Below are positions 30,592 to 51,563 of a stretch of 64,000 nt of DNA, in pieces. Origin of the DNA: Chrysomallon squamiferum (lineage: Eukaryota > Animalia > Mollusca). Where the stretch lies: positions 14,012,001-14,076,000 of the forward strand of contig CM022673.1 of the NCBI GenBank assembly GCA_012295275.1, in the 5' to 3' direction. The notes beneath the pieces were generated by a model. That model saw nothing but the letters and a program-made list of their open reading frames with translations, ran no database searches and was not told the origin of the DNA. Each line of letters starts with the position of its first letter. Position 1 is the stretch's first letter. A program made the translations under genes and the position numbers.

Positions 30592-31762
30592 TCTCATATC
30601 TTATAATATACTTTATCTGACGTGAAAAAGGTTGTAGGTTCGATTCATGATGGTGGACAAATTGAGTGAAGTTCCGTTCTTGTCTAAGCTGTATTATTAC
30701 ACGTCTTGGCATTTGGGCATTGTGTTCAAAGATGACATTGTTAATTTTGAACCTCTCTTAATATTAACTTACCATAGCAGTTATATTCAAAAATCTTATT
30801 CATAGATCAAAATGTTGACTGATATATTTATTGTTGGAAACAGAGAAAGAAAAAAAAACTGAAATTGAAAAGACAGATAAAAATAGAGATGAAAGAACAT
30901 TATAATTTAGACTGAAGGAATAAATCTAGAAAGGAAGACTGAATGAAAGAGAGACAAAGAATACAAAGGAAGGATGAATAAAAGAAATAAAACAAGAAGA
31001 AGAAAGAATGAACGAAGGTAATTCGAATATTGGTGATATGATTAGCAGTATGTGTGTATGTATGTATGTGTGTATGTATGTATGTATGTATGTGTGTGTG
31101 TATATATGTGTATGTATGTATAAATATATGTATGTGTGTGTGTATGTATATATGTATGTATGTATGTATGTGTGTATGTATGTATGTGTGTGTGTATGTA
31201 TGTGTGTATATATATGTGTGTGTATGTATAAATATATGTATGTGTGTGTGTATGTATATATGTATGTATGTACGTGTGTATGTGTGTGTGTGTGTATGTG
31301 AATATGTGTGTATCTAAGTATGTATGAATGTATGTGTGTGTATGTATGTATGTATGTGTGTATGTATATGTATGTCTCTGTGTCTGTATTTATGTAGACA
31401 TATATGTATATGTGTGTATTTGTGTAGTTGTCTGTAGCGGTGTATATGTGTCCTTGTGGGTTTCTATGAGTTTTGTTCTGTGTTAGAAAGTGAAATAGAC
31501 AGAGGAATTAATGAACATGTTGAAGAAAACACATACAGATGTATAGCAAGACAGACATACAGACAGACAGACAGACTGATATACAGACAGACAGACAGAC
31601 TGATGTACAGACAAGCAGCCAGCTAGACAGACAGTAACAAACAGAAAAACAACAGTAGACAGGAATGTATTAAATAATTTTATTTTTCGCTATAAATGTA
31701 CACATTACAATAAATTGAAAAAGTAATGAATAATGAATGAAATAAATTAAGTCGCTTGTGAA

Positions 31763-33226
<1,464 letters not shown>

Positions 33227-33877
33227 GTTGATATTTTTGTTCTGAGTCGACGAAACAGTTTAAATGTGCAGTGAAGAGTTGTGATGAAAATAAATAAAAT
33301 CACAACCTCTTTTATACTTTAAGTTTTCACAGAAACTATTTAATGTGCTGTTTTCAATAACATATTTTTGTTTTTAAATTAATGTTTTCTGCATATCGCA
33401 CATATTTATTGTTCATTATTACGTGCATTTGTTTACGGAGCCCGTTGTAAACAAATCAATACGTAAGCATTAATCGTTTTCAGACTCAAATTGCCTGTAG
33501 GCTGATGCTGTTGTTGTTGTTGATAGACTACAGCATACACTGATGTGTAGTAAAGTGAAACTGTCGATAGGAAAATAATACTCTTCACTTGAGAAGGAAG
33601 GAACAGCACACTGGTAAAACTGAACTGATTTGATTCGATTTTATAATTTATTTTATAATTTATTTTAATTACTATTAATATATAGTTTCTTTAATTATTA
33701 TTGTTAGGGTAGCAGAGTATTACTACTCGTTTTGTTGTTGTTGTTATAATATTTACATATACGACACACACACATATACTGAAAAAATAGAGAAGGAAAG
33801 AAAAAGAAAATCGGGATTCTATATTAATAAAAACAAATATCCGTCTACCTCTAAAGTTTATACACACACACACAAAC

Positions 33878-33930
<53 letters not shown>

Positions 33931-35203
33931 AGATAGATAGATATTTATTTATTTATTTATTAACTTTAGAGGTAAATGGTTATTTCTTTACAGTATAGCA
34001 TCTCTATCTTCTTTGTCTTCCTTTTTTTTACCTATGTCACTAAACACCTCTCATATTTCGTAATGTAAATGTAAATTTTCACCTTAATATAATTAATCCG
34101 TTGAAGTTTGGTTCCCGTGGTTTGTTAATTTGACTTTATTCCCGGATGTGCCGACGGACACTGCTAATTTGAAAGAGATACACACTAATTATGATGTGGT
34201 CTTTAATTACACCTTATCTTGACACATTTTATTTCGTTGATCAAATCTTATAGTTATTTTTAAAATAGACAAATAGAAGTGAGAGTGGTAATAGTAGTTG
34301 TAGTGACAGTAGTGATATTAGTTATTGTAATAGCCTTAATGGTAGAGCAGTATGATAGTAGTTGTAGTAACACAGTTGTGGTTTTAATAGTAATAAGTTG
34401 TAATAACAGTACTAGTAATTATAGTAATACTACAGGTAGCAGTAGCAGTAGTAGTCGTAGTGGTAGTAGCAGTGGTAGTTGTCATAGTATTAGTGGTGGT
34501 GACGGTAGTAGAGGTTGATGCAAAAGAAGAAGAGATACAGAAAACAAATAAAATAAACAAAAATAAAATAAATAATAATAATGTTTTTTTAAATAATAAA
34601 AAAATATATATATGTATTTTTTTAAATAATAAAAATAAAATAAAATAAATTAATTAAAAAATAAATTATATAATTAAATATTTTAAAAAATAAAATAAAA
34701 TAAATAAATAAATAAAAGTACGAGAAAGTATACGAAAGGAAACAGAAAACAAAAACAAGAAGTAATTGAGATCGTAATAAAGAAAACATTGTAACTAAGA
34801 ACGACTTGAAAGGTAAACATTTTTCTCTTTATCTGTAGTTTTATAAACTTAAAAGCTGACGATATTTTAAATTATATTTTCGGAGGAGAGTTATGATTCT
34901 GTACATGTGATATCAGTAATTCCTCTTATAACTGTGTGCAGTGTTTTATGACTGTGTGTGTGTCATTGATAAATTAACATCATGTTTGTATGTTTGTCTG
35001 TTACAAGTACGTGTAAACTGGAAACAAACAAACAAACAAAAATATTAAAAAATTACAAATATTATTTTTAATGAAAACAAAGAATGCTGTACTAGTTGCT
35101 ATTCGTGTCACTGTTGCTTATGAGGTTACTGTTATTATCTGGATGTTGTTGTTTTCATATTCCTTTCTCACCTTGCAGTGTCATTTTTCTTCTTCACACA
35201 CAC

Positions 35204-35234
<31 letters not shown>

Positions 35235-36192
35235 GAGATATTCTCATATCGTATAATATACTTTATCTGACGTGAAAAAGGTTGTAGGTTCCATTCATGA
35301 TGGTGGACAAATTGAGTGAAGTTCCGTTCTTGTCTAAGCTGTATTATTACACGTCTTGGCATTTGGGCATTGTTTTCAAAGATGACATTGTTAATTTTGA
35401 ACCTCTCTTAATATTACCTTACCATAGCAGTTATATTCAAAAATCTTATTCATAGATAAAAATGTTGACTGATATATTTATTGTGGAAAACAGAGAAAGA
35501 CAAAAAAATTGAAATTGAAAAGACAGAAAAAAATAGAGATGAAAGAACATTATAATTTAGATTGAAAGAATACATCTAGAAATGAAGACTGAATGAATGA
35601 GAGACAAAGAATACAAAGGAAGGATGAATAAAAGAAATAAAACAAGAAGAAAGAATGAACGAAGTTAATTTGAATATTGATGATATGATTAGCAGTATGT
35701 ATGTGTGTGTATGTATGTATGTGTGTATGCATGCATATATGTGTGTATGTATAGTAGGTATGTATGCATGTATGTGTGTATATGTGTGTAACTGTGTGTG
35801 TAATTGTATATGCATGTATGTGTATATGTATGTGTACGTATGTGTGGGTGTATGTATGTATATATGTTTGTATGTATGTTTATATGTATGTGTATATGTA
35901 TGTACGTATGTGTGTATTTATATAACTGCCTCTGTGTATATATGTATGTTTGTGTGTGTAACTGTGTGTGTAATTGTATGCATGTAGGAGTGTATGTATG
36001 AAAGTGAAATAGATGAATGAATGAAGATGTTGAAGAAAATACATGAGGATCTGTAGTTTGACAGTAACTAAAACAAAAACAACAGCAGACAGGAATGTAT
36101 TAGATAATTTTATTTTTCGCTATAAACGTACACATTACAATAAAGAGAAAAAGTAATGAATAACAAATGAAATAAATTAAGTCGCTTGTGAA

Positions 36193-37638
<1,446 letters not shown>

Positions 37639-39978
37639 GTTGATATTTTTGTTCTGAGTCGACGAAACATTAAATGTGCAGTGAAGAGTTGTGATGAAAA
37701 TAAATAAAATCACAACCTCTTTTATACTTTAATTTTTCATAGAAAATATTTAATGTGCTGTTTTCAATAACATATTTTTGTTTTTAAATTAATGTTTTCT
37801 GCATATCGCACATATTTATTGTTCATTATTACATGCATTTGTTTACCAAACCCTTTGTAAACAGATCAATACGAAAACATTAATCGTTTTCAGACTCAAA
37901 TTGCCTGTAGGCTGATGCTGTTGTTGATGTTGAAAGACTACAACATCCACTGATTACAATACTAAGTAAAAATCAAAGGTCACTGAACTGTAGTAAAGTG
38001 AAATTGTCGATAGGAAAATAGTATAAAAATCATTATGAGATACTCTTCACTTCCGAAGGAAGGAACAGCACACTGGTAAAACTGATTTGATCTTATAATT
38101 TATTTTATAATTTATTTTTATAATTTATTTTACATTATTTTTAATATTATTATTTTTTAATTTATTAATATTAGTGGTAGTACTATTTTAGTTCTTAGAC
38201 ATATATATATATATATATATATAGATGATTATTTTTTCTTCTTTTATATATATATATATATAAAAAAGAAAAAAATAATCATCTGTCTAAAGTTAATAAA
38301 TAAATAAATAATCAAATGTAGATGGTTTGTTCTTTACTAGTATGGAATATCTATCTTCTTTGTCTTCCTGTTTTTTTTCCTGTCACTAAATACCTCTGAT
38401 ATTTAGTAATGAAAGTGTAAATTTTCACCTTAATATAATTAATCTGTTGAAGTTTGGTTCCTGTGATTTTTTAGTTTGACTTTACGCTGAAGGCGACTGC
38501 TAATTTGAAAGCGATACACACTAATTATGATGTGGTCTTTAATTACACCTTATCTTGACACATTTTATTTCGTTGATCAAGTCTTATAGTTATTTTTAAA
38601 ATAGACAAACACAAATAAATAGCGTAATACTAACAATAGTAGTTTTAGTTGTTGCTACAATAGTAATAATAGTGGTAGTAGTAGTGGTTGCAGTAGTTGT
38701 AGTAATAATAGTAATGGAGGCGTAGTGGTGGTAGTAGTAGTGGTAGTAGAAGTATCGTTTATAGTAGTAATGGTAGTTGTAGTGGTAATAGTAGCAGCAG
38801 CAGTAATAGTAGGTGTTTTTGTTGTAGAAGCAGGCGGAGGAAGAGAAAGTGTTGTGATAATTATAATAACAGTAGCAGAAGCATTTTAGTAGTGATAAGA
38901 GATGTAATGATAGGAGTAGTAGTGATAGTAGTAGCAGTAGTAGTAGTAGTAGTAGTATCGATAGAAGCAGATGTAGTAGTAGTAGAAGTATCGATAGAAG
39001 CAGATGTAGTTGATGTTGTAGAAGTGGTAGTATCACGGTAAACATAAGCCTCTGTTTGCGTTTAATGAAAAGCAGGTCGTATTTAAATATGCTAATTATT
39101 AGCCTCACTGTGAATTAAAAGCACAGTGTAACCGCAGCCCGGTTGTTGGCCTGTACAGACTGCACGTCGCTGTTACATTTGTAATTACGACTTTTGGAAC
39201 ATAACGCAAATGATAAATGCGTCACAGAACAAAGACACGGAACGGAGGTACGTGGAGAAACGCGGACAGGCAGCTATCACAGACTGTTTGAGATTTATGA
39301 TTTAACTTCTCGTACGTGAGTAGCATACAAACAGGTTTAAAAATGTAAAATGTCGACAAGATGTGACAGCTTTACTGGCTGGTTTGTAAATTTTACTTCA
39401 TCTTTTGTTTATTATGCATATTTCATAAGATTTAAAATATATATAAAAAATTGTTTACTTAAACAATTCTCGAAAATAATTTTTTTTCTTTTATTTTACT
39501 ATAAAATTTTTTTTTTTTTTTTACAGACTAGAGAGGTCAAGTTTTTAAAGCGTATTTTTTTATGAAATACCAAAAAATTGTTTAATTATATTCTGGATGG
39601 TTATGTTTTAACTGTATTTTTTTGGCTACCAATCTTAATTACTAATGACGCAGATCAACAAAAGAATACAAATAAAAAAATATCTGTGCGCCGTTGTTTC
39701 TATGGTCGTGACGTAATCACATGAGCAAATATGTTATGTTTACTCAAAAGATATTTTCTGTTAGAAAGAATATAGTTATTATCTCCCAACGTCAGTGATG
39801 ACGTCACGATTCAAACTGTGACAGCTAAAATGGCGGATCACAAATGCATTGTAACAACATTAGTTTTGTTTCATACTTTCTCATAAGCGATGATTAGTCA
39901 GTCAAAATAATTAAATAATAACTTGGAAATATAATTAATTCTATTAAACGATTTAATTGTGTCGCCATAGCAACACTA

Positions 39979-40038
<60 letters not shown>

Positions 40039-40503
40039 TATTATTACTGCAGAAATTGAATACTGAGAGATATTCTTGCTTCTATTTACTAATACTGAAT
40101 AAATATTAAATGAATTACAGGCGAGGAAAAATAACGTTTACCTGGTCATGTTCTAATTAAGTGACCTCGACATATTTGTCTAGTATTAGTTCTCATGCTG
40201 GTGTCATTGCTGAACATAATCATGTTGTTGTTTTCGTTTAGTAAAAAAAAAATATGGTTGGTGGTTATAACTGTTGTTGCTATTATCATTAAGTGTTAAT
40301 AATTAACTCCTAATAACTTGAAGAAGTAAACACACAGACACAAAATTAATGTTGTACTTTACAGAGTTTATTAAGGAAATAAATAAGGCTTACAAAAGAG
40401 ATCTAAATGCATCATGTTATTTTTACTCGTCGTTAATGCTGATGTTAATTTCTAGAGCGTTACGTCAACACCGAACATGGCTACACCGGAAGTTCTTGTT
40501 TAG

Positions 40504-42883
<2,380 letters not shown>

Positions 42884-42962
42884 TGTAAAATACGATTAAA
42901 TCTGAGTGTATCTGTTTGTCCTGTGAAAAGATGGTTATGAAGTCTTACGAAGTTGTTCGAGT

Positions 42963-42969
42963 ATTTATA
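42963..42969 (-). promoter_or_regulatory. TATA box of the 40504-42883 gene
   Basis: GTATAAATAC on the minus strand 80 bp upstream of the ATG. Confidence 0.55.
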
Positions 42970-45097
42970 CGAAATCACTGTAAATTAAAACGAGGATACT
43001 GAACTAGTAAACATTTACTTTCTTTATGTTGACTTTCAGTTTGTTTGAACACTGAAAGACATTGTCTTTGAAGATTTAAACAAAAGATTAACCGCTAGGC
43101 TTGCTGCCCTTACCTGGTCAGTTTTCTAACAGGTCAAACTTTTGGTATACATTTTTGTGATGGTGTTGACTCCAGAGACAGTGACATCAGTGGTATTATT
43201 ACATCTGTTTATAATGACTTCGTTTTTTGTGAACTGTAGGAATATTGACAGCTCTCTATAACTGACAGTAATTGTGTTTTGTATTTTGTGAGAATCTCGC
43301 AGTAAACAACAGATTTTTGTGTCAATTTTCACACACAAAGCGTGTCAAAGATGTTTTTTTGCTGATCATTCACCTATGTCAAACCTGATTACTGAATACT
43401 GACACGACAAAGACGCGTACTGGATCAGATTATTTGTTATTTTAAAAAGAAAATAGCTTTCTCTTCGACAAACAAATTTGTTGTATGAACGCGAAACTTT
43501 GGATAGAAGGATGGATACTTTTGAAAACGAAAGACCGGTGGCTGAGATAGAGGTATTTCAAAACGTTATAATGATTATAAAATTTGTGTTTTTAATAAAT
43601 TAACAATTACGTACGTAAATAAATAAATAAAAAAAAAGAAGAAGGAAGGAAAATATTCACATCTGTTATATTATAGATAAGGTAATATACAATATGTGAC
43701 TACATGGTGTATCTGATTAACAGACTAAATGAATAAATGAATACTTGTAATAAGTAATTAAATACTATAAGGCTTAGATAATTATTTATTGTTTAATTAA
43801 TTAATGTTATAAAAACTCTATTACCGATATGTGATAAACAAATAAGGTAAATATTAAAAACACGAATAAACGAATAGAAAACTCTTTTTAATATTGTCCG
43901 TTATATAAGTTATACATATCCATGTTTCTTGTTAACGGTGGTTTGAAAAAGGAAACCCACTATTGCTGTTTCTGACATTATTCTCACGCACTGACAAAGA
44001 ACTGAATTTCTGAGCAATGGAAAACTAAATATTTGTTCCCTTGTTTGATTCGCAGTAAGCAATGTTGTTCCACTTTTTTCTCTCTTTCTTTTTTTCTATA
44101 TTTTTTTTTTCTAGTGCTGCATGTATTAGGTTTTTAGAACTCCACTCTCTGGGAACTGTTTGGAACTGGATAAAGACCAGTAAGTGTAAGCAAGATGATC
44201 GCCTCATTGATTTCATGTGTGATTGTTACAGAGGAGGATAAAGTTGAACTCTGACAATGACAATGATGTTGTTACGTTATGATGATATATTATCAATTTG
44301 ATGACGACAGTAATGTCGATACTTCGTCATTATTATGTTATCCGTTTGACGACAACAATGATGTCGTTACGTTGTGATAATATTTATCAGTCTGATGACG
44401 ATAATAATGTTGATACTTCGTCATTATATGTTATTAATTTTACGACGAGACAGTGATATTATCTCGTGATTATATGATATCTACGACAACGACAACGCCT
44501 TTAACAATGATGATAACGACGATTCGTGACGAAAAGAAAGTATTAAAGATATAGATGTGTATTTTAGGTACTTGGAAATATTATTCCGAAGTAAAAAGAA
44601 AGAGAGTGTTGTGATTTATGTAACGTATATTCTAAATATATAAGTAGCTAAAATTAAACAACACAGGACACGCGGACTAGAAATGTCTGTCTTGTGACAT
44701 CTTTAAAAATAAAACACGGGAAACGCCTATGTTTGATTAATGACATCGTAACGTTGTTGCCGATGTATGTGTCGAGGTTAAAGCCGTTGTCTCTTGTGAA
44801 TAATGCGAACAGAAAAACAGGCGCCGATCTCGGGGGGGAGAAGGCAGACGAGTAACCCGTAACCGATTTGAAAATTACGATAGTTTAAAAAGCAGTTATC
44901 GAAATATTAACATTAATTAACCAATGGTATTATATTTGTTTTTTCGATAAAACCTCGTCTTTTACGATTAAAACAAGATTTTTCACATACAGAAATGTAT
45001 TTAAAAACATTCTTTGTGATTTTTTTGTCTGTTCGTTGTTGTTTCTTTGTTTCTTTCTTTGTTTTCTTCTTATTAATGTTGTTATTATTGTTAATAC

Positions 45098-45131
<34 letters not shown>

Positions 45132-45779
45132 GTTATTGTTGTTGTTGTTGTTGTAATCATTATTTTAAATCGTTATTATTATTATTGTTGTTGTTGTAGT
45201 AGTCATTGTTGTTATTATTATTTGTTATTTTGTTCCTCGTCAGCACCATAATCGTTATCATAGTGATTAAAGTTCTTCATGACTTTTCAAGTAATAATCA
45301 ATCATTGAAGTAAGTACGAGTTGTTTCCCTTCGACTGTGAAATTCCAACAGCTTGAAATTTAGTCGAATTGCAACACATATAGAGCAACATATGTGCAAT
45401 ATATTTTAACAGAAAAAAACCCTACATTATTATTAATTTTAAACAGCATTTTGATTGTTTTTGGTATTATTCATAGACAGACTCGTTTCATTTTCACTAG
45501 AGTACCATACCAGCACTGCCACTGGATTTTATTAAATGAAATATTTATTAAATCTCCATATACAGATCCGCATACATTTAAATATTGCAAAGACTGTTGC
45601 TAAGCATGCTACGAAACATTTTTTGTTTTCTGTATGAAGAATGCAGTTATTTTCCCTTGGTATTTTACAAGGGAGATAATTATCACGTTGAAAAGAAAGA
45701 TCGTCAGTCTATTTTTAATTTAGATATTTTTTACACTGCAGTTGCATTGAATCAGTATGCTTATTTATTGTTCTTTTAG

Positions 45780-45819
<40 letters not shown>

Positions 45820-46376
45820 TAATAATAATATTAATAACAATAATAATAATGATAATGATGATGATGATGATAATAATAATAACAATATATATATATATAT
45901 ATCTCACACAGGTTTACTCATTCAATTAGGCTGTGTAGAAATATGTTGTTACCATTTCAATGAAGATTGCTAACACACGTACTAATAAACTGAAATGTAT
46001 TGTGATGCAGGATAAACACAATATGATTGTTTTAAAATACACAGAAATACTTCGATTCTGGGTGTCTAAACAACGGTAATTAAAGACATGCCTACAAATT
46101 AATAATTTGTGAATATAAAAACATATCTTAAATATTGTGAATAAATGTCAGAATCTCTTACAATATTTTGTTATAAATTCGTCATATCTCGTGTATCACT
46201 AATTGTCTGATGTCAGAATAACATTTAATAAAATATATTAACGATCTGGTTAAAAAGTATTGAGCCTATACCCAAATTTAGCCGCATCAATCTGTCTCTC
46301 GCTCTGTATATGTATGAATGTATGTATGTATGTTTGTATATATGTATGTATGTATATATGTATGTATATATGTATG

Positions 46377-46412
<36 letters not shown>

Positions 46413-47695
46413 TGTATGTACGTATATATATATATGTATGTATGTATGTATATATGTATGTATATATGTATTATGTATGTATGTACGTATATATCTATGT
46501 ATATATGTATGTATGTATGTATGTATGTGTGTGTGTGTATGTATATGTTTGTGTGTATGTGTTTATATATATATACAACTGTTACGATGAAAAATGTCTT
46601 GTGTCCAATTTCAATCAGTTTGATCAACATCCCTAACAATATACGAATCTACTACTAGTAGTAGTAGTATTACACTATTACTACTATTGCTGCTACTACT
46701 ACTGCTAGTACTACTTTTACTAACAATAATAAATAAATAAACGAAGACAGAATTTATGTAACATTTTATTTTTATTACATCAGCATTAGTGGATAAAAAC
46801 AAAAATCCATTCTGAAATCAGTTCAGAAAATAAATGATAAAATATTATGTTTCTAATTTTAAATTTTAATAGTTTGTACATTAGTAGATACTATAATGTA
46901 GCATTGAGTTTACTGTTGTATTTGATATTTTATGTTTTATTATTTTATTATTATTATTACTTTTACAGTTATTATTATTATTATTATTATTATTGTTATT
47001 ATTATTATTATTACTATTACTTTTACAGTTATTATTATTATTATTATTATCATTACTATTACTATTATTATTATTATTATTATTATTATTACTTTTGTGC
47101 TTCTCGTCGTTGTTTTGTTATTTATTGGTTGTTACTATGTCAATACTATTTTTTTTTTTTTTTTTTTTCTGATAATGATAAATGTGCATATAGTGAAATA
47201 TTTCAGTTTTTAACTGAATGAAATATATACACTGAGAACCATCAAGATTTATATAACTACTTAGTATACCATATTCTCACTCATATTACACACTGTCTGT
47301 TGTTTACTAAGTCAATTCTCAGTTTTAGTTATCAGTTTTTATTAAATATCGTATTATCCCGTGTTAAATATGTAATTGAAAATCTCGTATTAACATCATG
47401 GTTTGTTTTTATTAAAAAATAATTCCCGTTTTATATATAATTAAGCCTTCGTTATTCCAGTCACATTTAAACAGAATTTAGTGGGTTTTTAAGGATGAAT
47501 AATCTCCTGTTAATGTCACCAGATGCTTCTTTGTTATTAAACTTGGATACTACTTATGTGTTTTAAATACGAGCGTAATGGTGTTATATACAACACAGGC
47601 AGTCAACATTTTATGTGTAATATTGTAAAAACATGATTTAATCAGTCACCATTTCCTTGCTTTGAGAAGAGAGAGAGAGAGAAAAAAGCAAAAAT

Positions 47696-50600
47696 CTATT
47701 GCCAGATGTTTTGCATAATCAGGTACAGCAGCAACGGATGTCCAGTGAGATTGTCAGGGGAGGGCATGGTGTTCGTGTTAGCTGTTCCCACCTCGTTCTG
47801 CGGCGTGTACGACGACGTCTGGGAGGCGGTGTCGGGGACAACGTTAGACGTGGGTTCCCAGGTGGGAACAGCTGATCCAGAATCGATTTTATTTGTCTGT
47901 CCGAAATTCAGCCACTGAGGGTCCGTTAGACTCGAAACAGAATTTGGATCTTTAAACTGATTGGCTGAGGGCAAGATGGCTGCTGCTCCTGACGTAATAC
48001 TGTTCGTGTTGAGCGGATCTGTAGCCGCGCCCACTTGTCTGTCAACTGCCGGCTCGGTGTGAAGAATCTGCGTTGGATCTGCAGCTGACGCTGTGTTCAG
48101 AGTATTCTGTGTCAAGTCTCCTGTCTGGGGTGGATTCAGTCTGTCCTGTGGATTGGTTTGCGTGTTCCATGAATCAGCTCCGGTCCACTGGTTAGCGGTC
48201 GCTGTGTTTGATGAGCCGATGGTTTGTCCTGACGTTGTCGGGTCTTTTGGATACGTCGCGGGTTTTCCAGGATTAACATTTCCCAGCTGATTTGCTGGGT
48301 CATTCCAAGAAGGTATTCCGGAAGATTTCACACTGGTTGACGGTAAATTCCAGGGATCTGGGTTGGAAACTTGATTGCTTCCCGTATTTACTGGCATATT
48401 CCAAGGATCTGACGGATTCTGGTTCGAACCTTGGTTCCAGTAAGGGTCTGGATTCATTACTTGTTTGTTACCAGAATTTGCTGCTGGGGTGTTCCAGAAG
48501 TCCATTCCCGACGATTTAGGTTTGGCTGCATTGGGGACTCGCCACAGATCCTGTCTGCCTCCTGCTTGCTTGTTAACATTGTTCTCAGGGTAAAAATTAG
48601 GGTTTCCTTGGTTACGAGGCTGCTGGAACAAGTTATCTTGAGGAAACCTGCTGTTTGTTCTCATTGATTTTTGTGACGGATCAATGTAGTTGTTGCCGTA
48701 CTCGTTGTAGTACGGGTCTTTGTAGCGTTTGTCAACGTAGTTGTTACTGAGTGGTCCAGTGTTACCCCATGGGTTGTTGTAGTCGAAAGCTGGCTCGCTC
48801 TGAGTTCCAAATCCCATTAAACCCCCCCAGAAATCATTCCACGGGTCTTGTTGTGGTGCCCAGTCAGAATCTACACAAACAAAACAATATTCACCTTCAT
48901 ATATTTAAATAATATATATTTTACTGAAGAACGTATATTTTTAAGATAAGATAAAAACAATTAGTATAAAAATTTATCAGTGGAATTTCGACTCTATAAC
49001 ACATTGATTAATTAAGGTTTATTTTTCTCGTCATAATTACTGTTAAATAAATATAAAAATTGTTACTTTTTTATCATTAATATTCTTTGAGTTGTTAAAA
49101 AAAAATAATAATAATAATAGCAGAAGTAATAATAATAATAATAATAATTTTAAAAATTTAAAAAAATTTAAAATGTTTAAAAATTAAAAATATTAATATT
49201 AAAAAGTAAAATAAAAACAAAAGTAAGTAAATAAATAAATAAATAATATGTATGTAAATAAATAAACAAAACAAAAAAGCAAATACACAAACAAACACAC
49301 AAACAATCAAATAAACAAATAAATAGATAAATAAACAAATAAATAAATAAATAAAAATAATAAATAAAAATAGTAAAATAAATGAAAAATAAACAAAACA
49401 ATTGCAACAAATAAATAAACATAAAGACAATGGACGAAGAGCTGATACACGTCTATCGTGGACAGAAGCAGCAAAAGTTTGTTTTTATTTACACCCTCCC
49501 ATAAACAGCAAAATGAACCTGGTTCTCTACAGGAATTATGCGAGTGTATCAAAAAGAAAAAGAAGACAAAAAAAAAAAAGAAATACTTACACAGACAGAA
49601 TGTTTGGTCAGCTGCAGGCGTGTACCCAGGGTAACATCGACATCGAAATCCACCAATCGTGTTTATACATTCCCCATTCTGACACACCTCCCTGTGAGCA
49701 CACTCGTAGATGTCTGAAATGTAAATATTTATATTACGTACAGTTATGTAAATATGTATTTCTCGCTTTATTTGTCACAGAACCTTTATTTGTTTGTTAA
49801 ACTTTAATATTTTATCTGCAAAAATATTTCTTAATTACCAGCATTGAGTAATAGTAGGATTATTTTTAAAGAAAACAAACATATGAAAAAAAAAAAAAAA
49901 AAAAAAAAAAATAAATAAATAAATAAAAAAATAAATAAATAAATAAGACAATTAAATAAATAAATAAATAATAACTAAAAAAATAAATATAATTAAATTA
50001 AAAATAATTAAATACAAATAAACAAACAAAATTAAGACAAAAAAAGAAAAGAAAAAGCAATACAAAATGAAAATATAATAAAATAAAGTAAATAAAATAA
50101 TAAAACTAAACTAACTAAACTAAATTGAAAATTGAAAATGTAAATGAAAATGAATTAATAAATAAAAAAATAAAAATAAAAAAAATAAAAATATAAAGAA
50201 ATATAAAAAAAAATAACATTAAGCAATTTCATGGCCATTGTGACAAATGACCTTGTCAGACTGAGGGGTGAAGCTCGTACGACAGCTAAAGATATAACTC
50301 ATCGAAAATGACAGCCTTTTCATCTTTTGCCAACATTAAGCCACTCAAAGCAAAATCCTGTCACTCTAAGACCGCGCATCAACTCAAATAATCTCACACT
50401 GGCCAGGCCTTTTCACACCGGAGCGGTTAATGTCTGCTATGTACAGTTTTATTTACATACAGTTTTATGTTTGGAGTAATCTTAGTCTAAATTTCAGTCT
50501 TTAAATCTGTATCATGTCTGACAAATGACAACGTAGACTGCTAGAAGAACACTGTTTACACCCGTCTATTGTTCCAGACTGAATTTTTATTTCACTTTTT

Positions 50601-50913
50601 ATAATAAACTATGTTCATTTTGGAATTTTAATCACGTCTCTGTTTTTATGAAACTTTGAAAGGGCACCTGAATGTGAAATGCGTTTTTATTAAATTTATG
50701 TACATATGAATAATTACGTCTCCGACATAAAAAAATAAGAACACCAAGGTTAGATACAACATTTAATTATATATGTTGTCACATAATGAAATTCTAATTT
50801 AGAAAGTGATAGATTTATTTTGTTTTTCGAGACAACCTTTATGTAAAGCGAAACCTATGAGTATTATAATTTGTTACCGTGTATATTTTACTACTGAGCA
50901 AATATTTTAAAAT

Positions 50914-50953
<40 letters not shown>

Positions 50954-51133
50954 TAATAATAGCACTAATAAAATGATAACGATAATAATGATGATAACAA
51001 TAATATAATAATAATGATAATGATAACAATGATGATGATAACAACAATTTCAATAATAATGACTACAACAACAATAACAATAATAATGATAATGATAATA
51101 ATAATGATGATGATGATGACGATAATAATGATA

Positions 51134-51174
<41 letters not shown>

Positions 51175-51500
51175 AATAATAATAATAATAATAAAGCCAG
51201 CAGTATAACTAACTAAGAGTAAAGTTAAAACAGACATAATCGGACTTGCACACAAAACAACATACAATCACAGTTAACAATTAGATGTTTGTCGTCCATC
51301 TTTTATAGCGACGTCACGAGCGAATATGATAAAAATTATCATTTAAAGTTCCACAATGGTGATAAATTACTATCTTACCTGTTTAATCACAAAGAGCTTT
51401 ACATTTTCCATGGTGTTTTTTTTTTATCCTGCTTTATTTTGCTATTTCGTTATATCCATCCATCCGTTCAAGTCTATCTATTTATCTATCTACCTATCTT

Positions 51501-51563
<63 letters not shown>

